Shown: positions 18,165-26,775 of the stretch, piece after piece
How the letters are laid out: each line of letters starts with the position of its first letter
How positions within the stretch are numbered: position 1 is the stretch's first letter
Source: Candidatus Rokuibacteriota bacterium
GTDB lineage: Bacteria; Methylomirabilota; Methylomirabilia; Rokubacteriales; CSP1-6
DNA length: 64,000 bases
Assembly (NCBI GenBank): GCA_003220675.1
Contig: QHTD01000155.1
Coordinates: 8,782 to 72,781, forward strand
Reading direction: 5' to 3'
Notes under the pieces: model-generated
What the model saw: only the letters and a program-made list of their open reading frames with translations
Told to the model about the DNA's origin: nothing
The model's database searches: none
Made by a program: the position numbers and the translations under genes

Positions 18165-19268
18165 TCAGGCGATCACCGCTCCCGCGCGGCGCCGTCCGCG
18201 TCCACCCCGCCGCCCGCGCCGCCGACGCGGTAGAGTCGCTGGCTCAGGCTCGCGCGCCTCGCCGGCCGCCGCCGCGATGGGCTCCGCATGCGCCGCCTCG
18301 CCCACCAGCGTGATCATGCCCGTTGGGCTCACCATCAGTTCCTTGATCCGGCGGAGCCGCGTGACGAGTCGCGGCGAGCCGGGTGGTCGGCTGAAGCCCC
18401 GGGCCTTGAGCGTCCGGGCCAGCGTGTCGAGCAGGACAGCGCCGTTCGGCGACTGCTGGGCCAGCTCGCCGACGACACCGACGAGCTCGTCGTGGGGCGC
18501 GGTGTGCGCCTCGCTCGCGTGGGCTGCGGATGCTGGCTCGTGACGCCGCGGCTCGGCCCGTCTCGGCTCGGCGAGAGACGCAGGCGCGCGCCCGCCGCGA
18601 CGACCCCGCCGTCCCCGGCGCCGCCCCGACCCACCTGCCGCCTGAACCTCACGCGGCTCCACCGACGGCGCGCCGGCGAGCGCGCGATAGGAGAGCCGGC
18701 GGAACGCGATGCCGAGGGCAGCCGCCACATCGCCCACGGCGTCGAAGGCGCGGTCATCCGACACGATCTCCAGAACGTCGCCCGGGCGCGCGGCGGCCAA
18801 CCACACACCCGCGCTCACCGCGATACGGAGGTCGCTCCAGTCTTTCACCCCGGAGGAGGGCGCACTGTGGACGAGCTGGGCGCCCTGGCGCGCGAGCAGG
18901 CGCGCCGTGTCTGGGCCGATCACGCGCCAGTTCCCGACCGCCACGAACTCGGTACGCCCGCCCAGGGGGTCGATCGCGAGGTGCTCGATCACCCGTGCAA
19001 TGTGCGCGGGGTGGCTCGCGTTCTCGACGTCGTAGAAGATCGCCCGCCGGCTCGTCGGCAGCGGCGGCCCCGGGGCCGGTGGCCGCACGCGCGCGGCGAA
19101 GACGGGCTCGGGTGTGGCGAGCGGCACGACGGGCTCGTGCTCGAGGGTAGGCTCCTGCTCGGCGGCGGGCTCTTCGATCAACGGCTCGGGAGCAGGCGCG
19201 ATCTCCGGGGCGGGGCTCGCCTTCGCAGCACCCTGGCGGCGGGGCCGCCCGGCGCTTATACGTTCCAT
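18165..19268 (-). CDS. NYN-domain protein with OST-HTH/LOTUS-like C-terminal domain and Arg-Gly-rich tracts
   Basis: NYN-like core IFYDVENASHP...FVAVGNW...DWSDLRIAVSAGVW...LEIVSDDRAFDAV. C-terminal HDELVGVVGELAQQSPNGAVLLDTLARTLKARGF. Two RRRGRRGRRGGR-type tracts. Confidence 0.7.
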   Translation of the reverse strand: MERISAGRPRRQGAAKASPAPEIAPAPEPLIEEPAAEQEPTLEHEPVVPLATPEPVFAARVRPPAPGPPLPTSRRAIFYDVENASHPAHIARVIEHLAIDPLGGRTEFVAVGNWRVIGPDTARLLARQGAQLVHSAPSSGVKDWSDLRIAVSAGVWLAAARPGDVLEIVSDDRAFDAVGDVAAALGIAFRRLSYRALAGAPSVEPREVQAAGGSGRRRGRRGRRGGRAPASLAEPRRAEPRRHEPASAAHASEAHTAPHDELVGVVGELAQQSPNGAVLLDTLARTLKARGFSRPPGSPRLVTRLRRIKELMVSPTGMITLVGEAAHAEPIAAAAGEAREPEPATLPRRRRGRRGGRGRRRAGAVIA

Positions 19269-19361
19269 GCCAGCATCATACCTTGCCGACCCGCGCGAGC
19301 GCGCACGACGCGTGTACCGGACCTGGCACGTCGATCCGCGCGCACGAGGTCCTCCGCATGC

Positions 19362-20090
19362 CTAGTCCTCCAGGACCATCCGCCGGAACGCCTCCGCGGC
19401 GCGAAGCCGGCGCCGGGCGCCCTGCTGTCGGGCCCAGCCGCGGATCATCGGCGACGGGTCCCAGTCGCCCATCTGGCTCCGGTGCTCGCGCAGCGCGCTG
19501 ATCTTGAGATCGAGCACGCCGGCGATGTCCACGAAAGCGTCGGCCCGCTCCGAGCCGTGCACCCACACCTCCCGCACGTGGTGCGGCTCGAGCCCCTCGT
19601 CGAGCAGCTCGGGGAAGATGAAGCGCGTCCCGGCCGAGGGAAAGACCGCGTCGAGGACCACGTCGGCCGCCACGCGGTGGTCGGGATGGTTGAGGTAGCG
19701 CGTACCGTAGAAGCGCATCGTCGGGTCACCGCACACGACCGCGTCCGGACGATAGCGGCGGATCACGCGGGTAAGCTCGCGCCGGAGCGCGAGCGTGGGC
19801 TGGAGCATCCCGTCCTCCCCGCCGAGGAAGACGACCTCGGCGATGCCCAGCACGCGGCAGGCCGCGCGCTGCTCCTCTTCGCGGATCTTCACCAGGCGCT
19901 CACGCGTCATGTCGGCGGGCGTGTGCTGGTTCGAGCCGGCCTCGCCGCTCGTGAGGCAGACCGTCACGATGTGGCTGCCCGCCCGCGCCCACTTTGCCAG
20001 CGTTCCCGCGACGGTGAACTCCTGATCGTCGGGGTGCGCGTGGATCGACAGCACGCGCGCGGGCGCGGGTGGCTCCTTGCTTCGCTTCAC
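19362..20090 (-). CDS. PIG-L (LmbE-like) family deacetylase
   Basis: VLSIHAHPDDQEF, VCLTSGEAG, NHPDHRVAA. Confidence 0.85.
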   Translation of the reverse strand: MKRSKEPPAPARVLSIHAHPDDQEFTVAGTLAKWARAGSHIVTVCLTSGEAGSNQHTPADMTRERLVKIREEEQRAACRVLGIAEVVFLGGEDGMLQPTLALRRELTRVIRRYRPDAVVCGDPTMRFYGTRYLNHPDHRVAADVVLDAVFPSAGTRFIFPELLDEGLEPHHVREVWVHGSERADAFVDIAGVLDLKISALREHRSQMGDWDPSPMIRGWARQQGARRRLRAAEAFRRMVLED

Positions 20091-20128
20091 GTGTCGAGTC
20101 GTTCCTGGCAGGGGAGCGCCGATTTGAT

Positions 20129-20308
20129 CTAGCGCCCCGGCGACGCGAGCCAGGCGCGCGTCTCGTTCATCCCCATCGCGCGCGTCCGCGGCCGGCCGAT
20201 CGCCTTGAAGAAGTCTTCGAGCCCGGGCGGCGAGACCAGCCAGAGCATCACCAGCTCGTCCGGGCCCTCGTTGAGGATCTCGTGCTTGACCGCCTCGGGT
20301 GTGCTCAT
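20129..20308 (-). pseudogene. possible cupin-domain remnant (C-terminal part only)
   Basis: ...PEAVKHEILNEGPDELVMLWLVSPPGLEDFFKAIGRP resembles cupin motif 2 plus tail. The upstream in-frame sequence lacks the HxH...E motif and runs into the kinase gene 3' end. Confidence 0.3.
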
Positions 20309-20331
20309 GACGCTCTCGATGCTACCATCCC

Positions 20332-21345
20332 TCACCCGAGCGCCTCCCAGATCCCGATCAGCGCCTCGTACTCCTGCATCCAGTAGCGGTGGTCGCGGAA
20401 GTGCGGGAAGGCCTGCGGGAACGAGGGGTCGTCCCACCGCTGCGCGATCCAGCCCGACATTTCGACGATGCGCAGGGCTCGCAGCGGCTCGCAGAGCGCG
20501 AGCGTCGAGCGGTCGAACTCGCGAAACAACTCGTAGCCCTCGAGGAGGTCCTCACGCGCCCGGCGCGCTTCCTCGGAGTCGCCGCGCGCGAGGAGCCAGA
20601 GGTCCTGGACGGGCGGGCCGACGAGGCAGTCGTCGAAGTCGATAAGGATCGGACCGTCGGTCGCCCAGAGGATGTTGCCCCAGTGGAGGTCGCCGTGAAT
20701 GCGCTGTACCCGGGCGGCGGCGAGCGGCGCCGCGACGGCGTCGGCGGTGCGCAGCGCGACGTCGCGGTAGCGTGACGCCAGGCCGTCGGGGATGAAGCCG
20801 CCCTTCGCGAGGACCTCCAGGGGCTCGCGGATGTAGCGCGTCACGTCGAGGCGCGGCCGGTGCGGGGCGTCGCGGGCGGCGCCCACCGCGTGCATACGGC
20901 CGATGGTCCGGCCGATGCGGCGGCGGTTCTCGGCGTCCAGCTCGTCGAGCGTACGGCCGCGCACCTTCGGGAACGCCGCGTAGAGGATGCCCTCGATCTC
21001 GCCGAGCGTGCCGCCGATGCCGAGGTCGAGCGGCGCCACGGCCGGCACCTCGGCGGCTGCCAGGTCCGAGAGGAACGCGTGCTCGTCCAGGATCGTCTCG
21101 CGCGACCAGCGGCCGGGCCGGTAGAACTTCATGACGAGCCGCCGCTCGTCCTCCAGCTCGACCTCGTAGACGCGGTTTTCGAACGCGCGCAGCGGCAGGC
21201 AGCGCCCGGTGCAGCGGAGGCCGCCCACCTCGACCGCGGCGAGCACGCGGTCGGGAGTGAGGGAGAAGAACGAGGCGGCGGCTTCGCCGGTCAACGGTAC
21301 GTTACGTTTTGGCTTCGATCTTCGCCCACGTATCGCGTAGTCCAA
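20332..21345 (-). CDS. srkA: serine/threonine protein kinase, SrkA/YihE (RdoA) type
   Basis: [57 protein letters not shown]. The ORF-track start (TTG 21345) overlaps glnS by 44 nt; the in-frame TTG at 21294 is an alternative. Confidence 0.8.
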   Translation of the reverse strand: MDYAIRGRRSKPKRNVPLTGEAAASFFSLTPDRVLAAVEVGGLRCTGRCLPLRAFENRVYEVELEDERRLVMKFYRPGRWSRETILDEHAFLSDLAAAEVPAVAPLDLGIGGTLGEIEGILYAAFPKVRGRTLDELDAENRRRIGRTIGRMHAVGAARDAPHRPRLDVTRYIREPLEVLAKGGFIPDGLASRYRDVALRTADAVAAPLAAARVQRIHGDLHWGNILWATDGPILIDFDDCLVGPPVQDLWLLARGDSEEARRAREDLLEGYELFREFDRSTLALCEPLRALRIVEMSGWIAQRWDDPSFPQAFPHFRDHRYWMQEYEALIGIWEALG

Positions 21346-22978
21346 CGGCGCGGTTGAAGACCAGGCGCCCGGGCGCGGAGTCGCGGGAGTCCACGGAGAA
21401 GTAGCCCTGGCGCTCGAACTGGAAGCGGTCGCCCGCCTTCGCCCCCGCCAACGACGGCTCGAGCTTGGCGCCGCGGAGCACCTCGAGGGAGCGCGGGTTG
21501 ACGAGCGTCTTCCAGTCCTCGGTCTCGTCGGGCTTGGGCGCGGTGAAGAGATGGTCGTAGAGGCGCACCTCGGCGTCTACCGCGTCGGCGGCCGAAACCC
21601 AGTGAATGGTCCCCTTGACCTTACGCCCGCGCGCATCGCCGCCGCGGCTCGCCGGATCATACTCACAGCGCACGGTCGTCACCTGCCCCGCGGCGTCGCG
21701 CTCGACGCCGGTGCACTTGACGATGTAGGCGTAGCGCAGCCGTACCTCGACGCCGGGCGATAACCGGAAATACTTGGGCGGCGGCGGGTCGCGGAAGTCG
21801 TCCTGCTCTATATAAAGGATGCGCGCGAAAGGGACCTTGCGGGTACCCGCTCCCGGGTCCTCGGGGTTGTTGACCGCGTCCAGCTCCTCCGCGTGCCCTT
21901 CGGGATAGTTCTCGATGATCAGCCGCAAAGGCCGGAGCACGGCCATGCGTCGCTCGGCGCGGAGGTTCAGGTCCTCGCGCAGGCAGTGCTCGAGGAGCGC
22001 GATGTCCACGAGGTTGTCGGCCTTGGCGATGCCGATGCGCTCGCAGAAGTCGCGGATGGCCCCGGGCGTGTAGCCGCGGCGGCGCAGCCCCGCGAGCGTA
22101 GGCATGCGCGGATCGTCCCAGCCCGAGACCAGGCCCTCCTCGACGAGCTGGAGGAGCTTGCGCTTGGACATGACGGTGTGGGAGAGGTTCAGGCGCGCGA
22201 ACTCGATCTGGCGCGGGGCGTAGATGCCGAGCGCCTGGATGTACCAGTCGTAGAGCGGGCGGTGGTCCTCGTACTCGAGCGTGCAGAGGGAGTGCGTCAC
22301 GCCCTCGATCGAGTCGGACTGGCCGTGGGCCCAGTCGTACATGGGATAGATGCACCACGTGTCGCCCGTCCGGTGGTGCGCCGTCTTCCTGATCCGGTAC
22401 ATGACCGGGTCGCGCAGGTTCAGGTTGCCCGCGGCCATGTCGATCTTGGCGCGCAGGGTCTTCGAGCCGTCGGGGAACTCGCCGGCCCGCATCCGGCGGA
22501 AGAGGTCGAGGTTCTCCCCGACTGCGCGGTTGCGGTACGGGCTCTCCCGGCCAGGCACGGTCAGCGTGCCGCGGTACTCGGCGACCTGGTCGGGCGTGAG
22601 GTCGTCCACGTAAGCGAGGCCCTTCTTGATCAGCGCCTCGGCCCACTCGTAGAGCCGGTCGAAGTAGTCGCTCGCGTGGTAGAGGTGCGGGCCCCAGTCG
22701 AAGCCGAGCCAGCGCACGTCCGCCTTGATCGCCTCGACGTACTCGGTGGTTTCCTTGGCGGGGTTCGTGTCGTCGAAGCGGAGGTGGCAGCGCCCGCCGA
22801 ACTCCAGCGCGAGGCCGAAATCGAGGCAGATCGCCTTCGCATGACCGATGTGCAGATAGCCATTCGGCTCGGGCGGAAAGCGTGTGACGATGCCCTTGTA
22901 CCGCCCGGACTTCAGGTCTTCGAGCGCCGCGTCGCGGATGAAGTTCGAGGGTTTGTCCTTGGCCTCCAGCTCGCTCAT
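21302..22978 (-). CDS. glnS: glutamine--tRNA ligase
   Basis: [19 protein letters not shown] (HIGH), RFDDTNP, VMSKRKL (KMSKS-type). Full-length collinearity with GlnRS. Confidence 0.95.
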   Translation of the reverse strand: MSELEAKDKPSNFIRDAALEDLKSGRYKGIVTRFPPEPNGYLHIGHAKAICLDFGLALEFGGRCHLRFDDTNPAKETTEYVEAIKADVRWLGFDWGPHLYHASDYFDRLYEWAEALIKKGLAYVDDLTPDQVAEYRGTLTVPGRESPYRNRAVGENLDLFRRMRAGEFPDGSKTLRAKIDMAAGNLNLRDPVMYRIRKTAHHRTGDTWCIYPMYDWAHGQSDSIEGVTHSLCTLEYEDHRPLYDWYIQALGIYAPRQIEFARLNLSHTVMSKRKLLQLVEEGLVSGWDDPRMPTLAGLRRRGYTPGAIRDFCERIGIAKADNLVDIALLEHCLREDLNLRAERRMAVLRPLRLIIENYPEGHAEELDAVNNPEDPGAGTRKVPFARILYIEQDDFRDPPPPKYFRLSPGVEVRLRYAYIVKCTGVERDAAGQVTTVRCEYDPASRGGDARGRKVKGTIHWVSAADAVDAEVRLYDHLFTAPKPDETEDWKTLVNPRSLEVLRGAKLEPSLAGAKAGDRFQFERQGYFSVDSRDSAPGRLVFNRAVGLRDTWAKIEAKT

Positions 22979-22991
22979 CCGTTAGATGGTA

Positions 22992-23260
22992 TCACCACAC
23001 TGTCTCGACCAGCCGGCTCCGCCGAAGCCGAGCGTCGCGTGTAACCAGCGGCAGCCCCTCGGCGCGCGCGGTGGCGGCAATGAGACGGTCGGCGGGGTCT
23101 CTCGGGAACTCTTCAGCCAAGCGATCTCGACGAGGCTTACCGAGGCAACCGCGATTCCTCCAGATTGAACAGCCCGTGAGATCGCAGCCGCGGCCGTCCG
23201 TGACAGCCGCGCAGGCTTCGACCCGAGCCACAGCCAGGCGTGCGTATCGAGGAGGATCAC
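22992..23260 (-). pseudogene. PIN-domain (VapC-type) toxin with internal deletion and frameshift
   Basis: The N-terminus VILLDTHAWLWLGSKPARLS...VSLVEIAWL starts at GTG 23260, overlapping the antitoxin stop (GTGA). The C-terminus EFPRDPADRLIAATARAEGLPLVTRD is in another frame and ends at TGA 22992-22994. The total is about 88 codons, against my expectation of 125-135 for intact PIN toxins. Confidence 0.6.
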
Positions 23261-23565
23261 CGCGACTGCTTCCGCCGCGTGGTTTTCGTTCGCCGGGGAG
23301 TGGGCTCCGGGCGCGCGGCCCAGTCGATGCCCCCGGCAATATCCCACTCGTCGATCGGTGGCAGGACGGGCGCCTCCACATCGCCGAGGATCTTTATCGT
23401 CCCCGCCATGCAGCCGAACACGTCCTTCCTGGGCTCGTCGGGCGGCACCAGCTTGGCGACAGGCTTTCCCTTCTTGGTAATGACCACCGGCGTCCGGTAC
23501 TTCTTGACCTCCTCCATCACCCGGAGACACCGGGCCTTGAATTCGCCCGCCGGCATCGTCTTCAT
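23257..23565 (-). CDS. Phd/YefM-type antitoxin
   Basis: MKTMPAGEFKARCLRVMEEVKKYRTPVVITKKGKPVAKLVP, with start at ATG 23565. Confidence 0.7.
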   Translation of the reverse strand: MKTMPAGEFKARCLRVMEEVKKYRTPVVITKKGKPVAKLVPPDEPRKDVFGCMAGTIKILGDVEAPVLPPIDEWDIAGGIDWAARPEPTPRRTKTTRRKQSR

Positions 23566-23690
23566 GGTCTCCTCCACGGGCTCATGGTCACGACGTCGTG
23601 ACCATGTTAGCATGCGGGCGTGTGCCGCGAGATTCGGCTCCGTCCGGACGCGACGGTTGACCCGGCCTCAGTCCATCCTCCGCCCCCAGG

Positions 23691-23719
23691 CAAAATGGTT
23701 CCATAACGGAACCATTTTG
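23691..23719. promoter_or_regulatory. 12-bp perfect inverted repeat (candidate antitoxin operator) in the divergent TA intergenic region
   Basis: caaaatggttcc-ataac-ggaaccattttg. It is conspicuously AT-rich for this window and lies 25 nt upstream of vapB ATG 23744. Confidence 0.5.
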
Positions 23720-23743
23720 GATACACTGACCGCGGAGGCTCGA

Positions 23744-23986
23744 ATGGCCAATCTGACCATCAAGAACGCCCCCGCCACTCTGGTCCGCCGGCTGAAGCGG
23801 CAGGCGGCCGTGCACCGGCGCAGCCTCAACCTGGAGGTCATCGCCTGCCTCGAGACGGCGACGCACGCGGCGCCGGTTGACCCCGAGGCCCTGCTGGCCC
23901 GGGCGCGGAGCGTCCGCCGCACGCCGGCCGGTCCTCGGCTGACCGATGCAAGGCTGGCCCGGCTGAAGGCGGCCGGAAGGCCGTGA
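23744..23986 (+). CDS. vapB: ribbon-helix-helix antitoxin (VapB/FitA-like)
   Basis: MANLTIKNAPATLVRRLKRQAAVHRRSLNLEVIACLE, with RBS GGAGG upstream. The upstream part of ORF 23240..23986 is read-through. Confidence 0.75.
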   Translation: MANLTIKNAPATLVRRLKRQAAVHRRSLNLEVIACLETATHAAPVDPEALLARARSVRRTPAGPRLTDARLARLKAAGRP

Positions 23987-24393
23987 TCGTCGTCGATACC
24001 AATCTGCTCGTCTATCTCCACGTCGAGGGGGAGCACACCGCCCAGGCCGAGAGAATACTTCGCAAGGATGCCGCCTGGGCGGCGCCGCTGCTCTGGCGCT
24101 CGGAGTTCCGCAATGTGCTCGCCGGGCTCGTCAGGGGACGCGCGCTCCGCATCGAGGAGGCCGTCGTGATCGTCCGGCAGGCGGAGCAAGCCATGGCCGG
24201 GCGCGAGTACAGTGTCGTCTCGCACGAGGTACTCCAGCTCGCAGCCCGCTCGGGGTGCTCGGCGTACGACTGCGAGTTCGTCGCCCTGGCTGAGGACCTT
24301 AGAGCCTCGCTGGTCACGAGCGACCGGCGGATCCTGAAGGCGTTCCCATCGGTCGCCGTGGCTCCGGCGAGGTTCATCGCGGCCAGTACATGA
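23983..24393 (+). CDS. vapC: PIN-domain toxin
   Basis: The GTG overlaps the vapB stop (GTGA). [38 protein letters not shown]. Confidence 0.85.
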   Translation: MIVVDTNLLVYLHVEGEHTAQAERILRKDAAWAAPLLWRSEFRNVLAGLVRGRALRIEEAVVIVRQAEQAMAGREYSVVSHEVLQLAARSGCSAYDCEFVALAEDLRASLVTSDRRILKAFPSVAVAPARFIAAST

Positions 24394-24703
24394 TCACGGC
24401 CACGCCCCCCAGGCAGAGCGCGCCGCCCAGGACGTCCCAGCGGTCGGGCGCGATCCGGTCCACGCCCCAGCCCCAGAGGATCGCGAGCAGGACGAAGACG
24501 CCGCCGTACGCCGCGTAGGCGCGGCCGAAGTGCGCCGGCTGGTACGTCGGGACGATCCCGTAGAGGAACAGGATCGCGGCCCCGAGAAGGCCAACCAGCC
24601 AAGAAGCGCCGGTCCGCCACCACTGCCAGACGAGGTAGCCGCCGCCGATCTCGCAGAGTCCGGCGAGGACGAAGAGCGCGAGGGACCGGGCAATCGCCGT
24701 CAA
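24374..24703 (-). CDS. ynfA: YnfA family (UPF0060) small membrane protein
   Basis: Collinear with E. coli YnfA: [30 protein letters not shown] start at 24703 with AAGGAG 7 nt upstream. 109 codons. Confidence 0.8.
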   Translation of the reverse strand: MTAIARSLALFVLAGLCEIGGGYLVWQWWRTGASWLVGLLGAAILFLYGIVPTYQPAHFGRAYAAYGGVFVLLAILWGWGVDRIAPDRWDVLGGALCLGGVAVIMYWPR

Positions 24704-24722
24704 GGGTCGCTCCTTCCGTCTG

Positions 24723-25100
24723 TCAGCAGCGCGCGGGATCGCTGACGGCGAGGCGGAGGCTGCCGCTCGCCGGGTCGTACTCGAAATCGTTCTCCGGGCA
24801 CTGGAACCGCGGCGGACTCGGGAGGAGCGCCAACAGGGCGGCCTTGTCGATGGGCCATCGGCCGTGCTCGGCGTAATACGCGCGCAGCACGCCCTGGACC
24901 GAGTCGAGAGTGGCCTGGTCGGCAGCGAGCTTGGAGGTCGCGAGCGGACGCTGCTCCTGGATCGTCTCGACCGTTCGGGCGGTGGCGGCAAAGTAGCGGT
25001 AGAGCAGCGCGCCGGCGATCGCCACAACCACCAGGACGAGCAGGATCTCGACGAGACCGAAGCCGCGCTGATCGCTACGGCTTGACGACATCCACTCCAA
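24723..25100 (-). CDS. prepilin-type N-terminal cleavage/methylation domain protein (pilin/pseudopilin-like)
   Basis: Leader plus [23 protein letters not shown]. No other pilus or T2SS genes are nearby. The start may be the second Met (25091). Confidence 0.6.
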   Translation of the reverse strand: MEWMSSSRSDQRGFGLVEILLVLVVVAIAGALLYRYFAATARTVETIQEQRPLATSKLAADQATLDSVQGVLRAYYAEHGRWPIDKAALLALLPSPPRFQCPENDFEYDPASGSLRLAVSDPARC

Positions 25101-25180
25101 CGATCATCACCGGCTCCTTTCGTAGGACGGTGGCCGACCGACTTTGCACGCCGACCCAAAAATTGTCAAGCACGGAGAAG

Positions 25181-25209
25181 TTGACGGACGGACGCCGCGC
25201 GCCTAGAGT
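25181..25209 (+). promoter_or_regulatory. candidate promoter TTGACG-N17-TAGAGT, 9 nt upstream of the MFS GTG
   Basis: TTGACG 25181-25186 and TAGAGT 25204-25209. The -10 is flanked by gcgcgcc/ggcgcgc. No SD, implying a leaderless or near-leaderless mRNA. Confidence 0.5.
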
Positions 25210-25218
25210 GGCGCGCCT

Positions 25219-26442
25219 GTGACCGATTCCCCGCGTCTCGACTACGGCTGGGTGGTCGTCGCCGCCCTCTGCGTCACCGAGGTGGTGTCGTGGGGCATCC
25301 TCTACTACGGCTTCCCGGTCCTGCTCCGCCCGATGGAGGCCGATCTCGGCTGGTCGCGCGTCGAGATCACTGGCGCGTTCTCGGTGGGGATGGGCGTGGC
25401 GGCGCTCGCCGCGCTGCCCGTCGGGCGCTGGATCGACCGGCACGGCGCCCGTGCCCTCATGACGGCGGGCTCGTGCCTGGGGACTGCGCTCCTGCTCGTC
25501 TGGTCGCGGGTCGAGAGTCTCCCCGCCCTCTACGCAGTCTGGTGCCTGATGGGTCTGGCCCTCGCGGCCACGCTCTACGAACCTGCGTTCGCGGCGGTCG
25601 TCGGCTGGTTCGCGACGCGCGGGCGGGACAAGGCGCTCCTGACCGTGACGCTCGCCGGAGCGCTCGCCAGCACGATCTTCATGCCGCTCGAGGCGTGGCT
25701 GGTCGGCCGGCTCGGCTGGCGCGGCGCCCTCGTCGCCCTCGCGGTCACTCTGGCCGTGATCACCATCCCGCTCCACGCGCTCCTGCTCCGGCCGGCCCCT
25801 CGGAGAGCGCCGCCCACGCCGGGCGACGAGCGGCGGGAGGCTCGCGTGCCGGGTCTGACGCTCGGCGCTTCGGCGCGGATGGCGGTGTTCTGGGTGCTGG
25901 CTGCGGCCTTCTTCGTCGGCGGCTTCACGACGAACACGGTCACCGTGCATCTGATCCCGTACCTCTCGGATCGCGGCTACTCCCCGACCGTGGCCGCGGT
26001 GATGATCGGCTGGATGGGCGCCATGCAGCTCCCCGCGCGGCTCCTCTTCGCGCCGATCGCCGCGCGCTTCGGCCACCGCGCGGTCACCGGGGTGATCTTC
26101 TTCGCGCAGGCGGCCTCGCTCGCCCAGCTGGCGCTGGCGAAAGAGCTTCCGACGCTGGTGCCGATGGTGGTGATGCTCGGCGCCGCCAACGGCATGGCGA
26201 CGCTCGCGCGCGCGACGACGATCGCCGAGATCTTCGGGCCGCGCCACTACGGCTCCATCAGCGGGGCGATCGCGCTCGGGGCCAACGGCGCGCGCGCCCT
26301 CGCGCCCGTCGGTGCCGCGCTCCTGATGGTGGCGCTGGGCGGCTACGAGCGCGTGTTCTGGCTCCTGGCCACGTCGCTCGTGGTGGCGGGGCTCGGCGTC
26401 ATCGTGACGCGGCCAGGTGGCGACGGCTCCGAAATGAGGTAG
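25219..26442 (+). CDS. MFS transporter
   Basis: 12-TM-like profile. GRWIDRHGAR loop motif between the TM2/TM3-like segments. Confidence 0.85.
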   Translation: MTDSPRLDYGWVVVAALCVTEVVSWGILYYGFPVLLRPMEADLGWSRVEITGAFSVGMGVAALAALPVGRWIDRHGARALMTAGSCLGTALLLVWSRVESLPALYAVWCLMGLALAATLYEPAFAAVVGWFATRGRDKALLTVTLAGALASTIFMPLEAWLVGRLGWRGALVALAVTLAVITIPLHALLLRPAPRRAPPTPGDERREARVPGLTLGASARMAVFWVLAAAFFVGGFTTNTVTVHLIPYLSDRGYSPTVAAVMIGWMGAMQLPARLLFAPIAARFGHRAVTGVIFFAQAASLAQLALAKELPTLVPMVVMLGAANGMATLARATTIAEIFGPRHYGSISGAIALGANGARALAPVGAALLMVALGGYERVFWLLATSLVVAGLGVIVTRPGGDGSEMR

Positions 26443-26451
26443 GTTACGCGC

Positions 26452-26775
26452 ATGAGCCCCGGGTTCACCCGCGCGAACGGCTGTGATCTCTGCCGCGCGG
26501 CGCGGATCACTCCGTGGTACTACGAGGATGAGATCTGCTGGATCGCCGAGTGCGAGATCTGCGAGGTGCCCATGGTCGTCTGGCGCTTCCACGGTACGAC
26601 GCCGCCCGACGAGCACGTGGTCCACATGCGCGAGCGCCTGAGGGAGGTCGCCACCGCGCAGTTCGGGGAGTTCTGGGTGGACGATCACATGCGCAACATC
26701 CCCGACCACTACCACGCCCACGGGCGGCCGTGGGGCGGCTTCTTCGGCCACGGCCTTCGGCGGAGGACGGTGTGA
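26452..26775 (+). CDS. small Cys-rich hypothetical protein (CxxC ... CxxC)
   Basis: CDLC...WIAECEICEVPMVVW, with a His-rich tail DHYHAHG. The stop overlaps the next gene start. Confidence 0.5.
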   Translation: MSPGFTRANGCDLCRAARITPWYYEDEICWIAECEICEVPMVVWRFHGTTPPDEHVVHMRERLREVATAQFGEFWVDDHMRNIPDHYHAHGRPWGGFFGHGLRRRTV

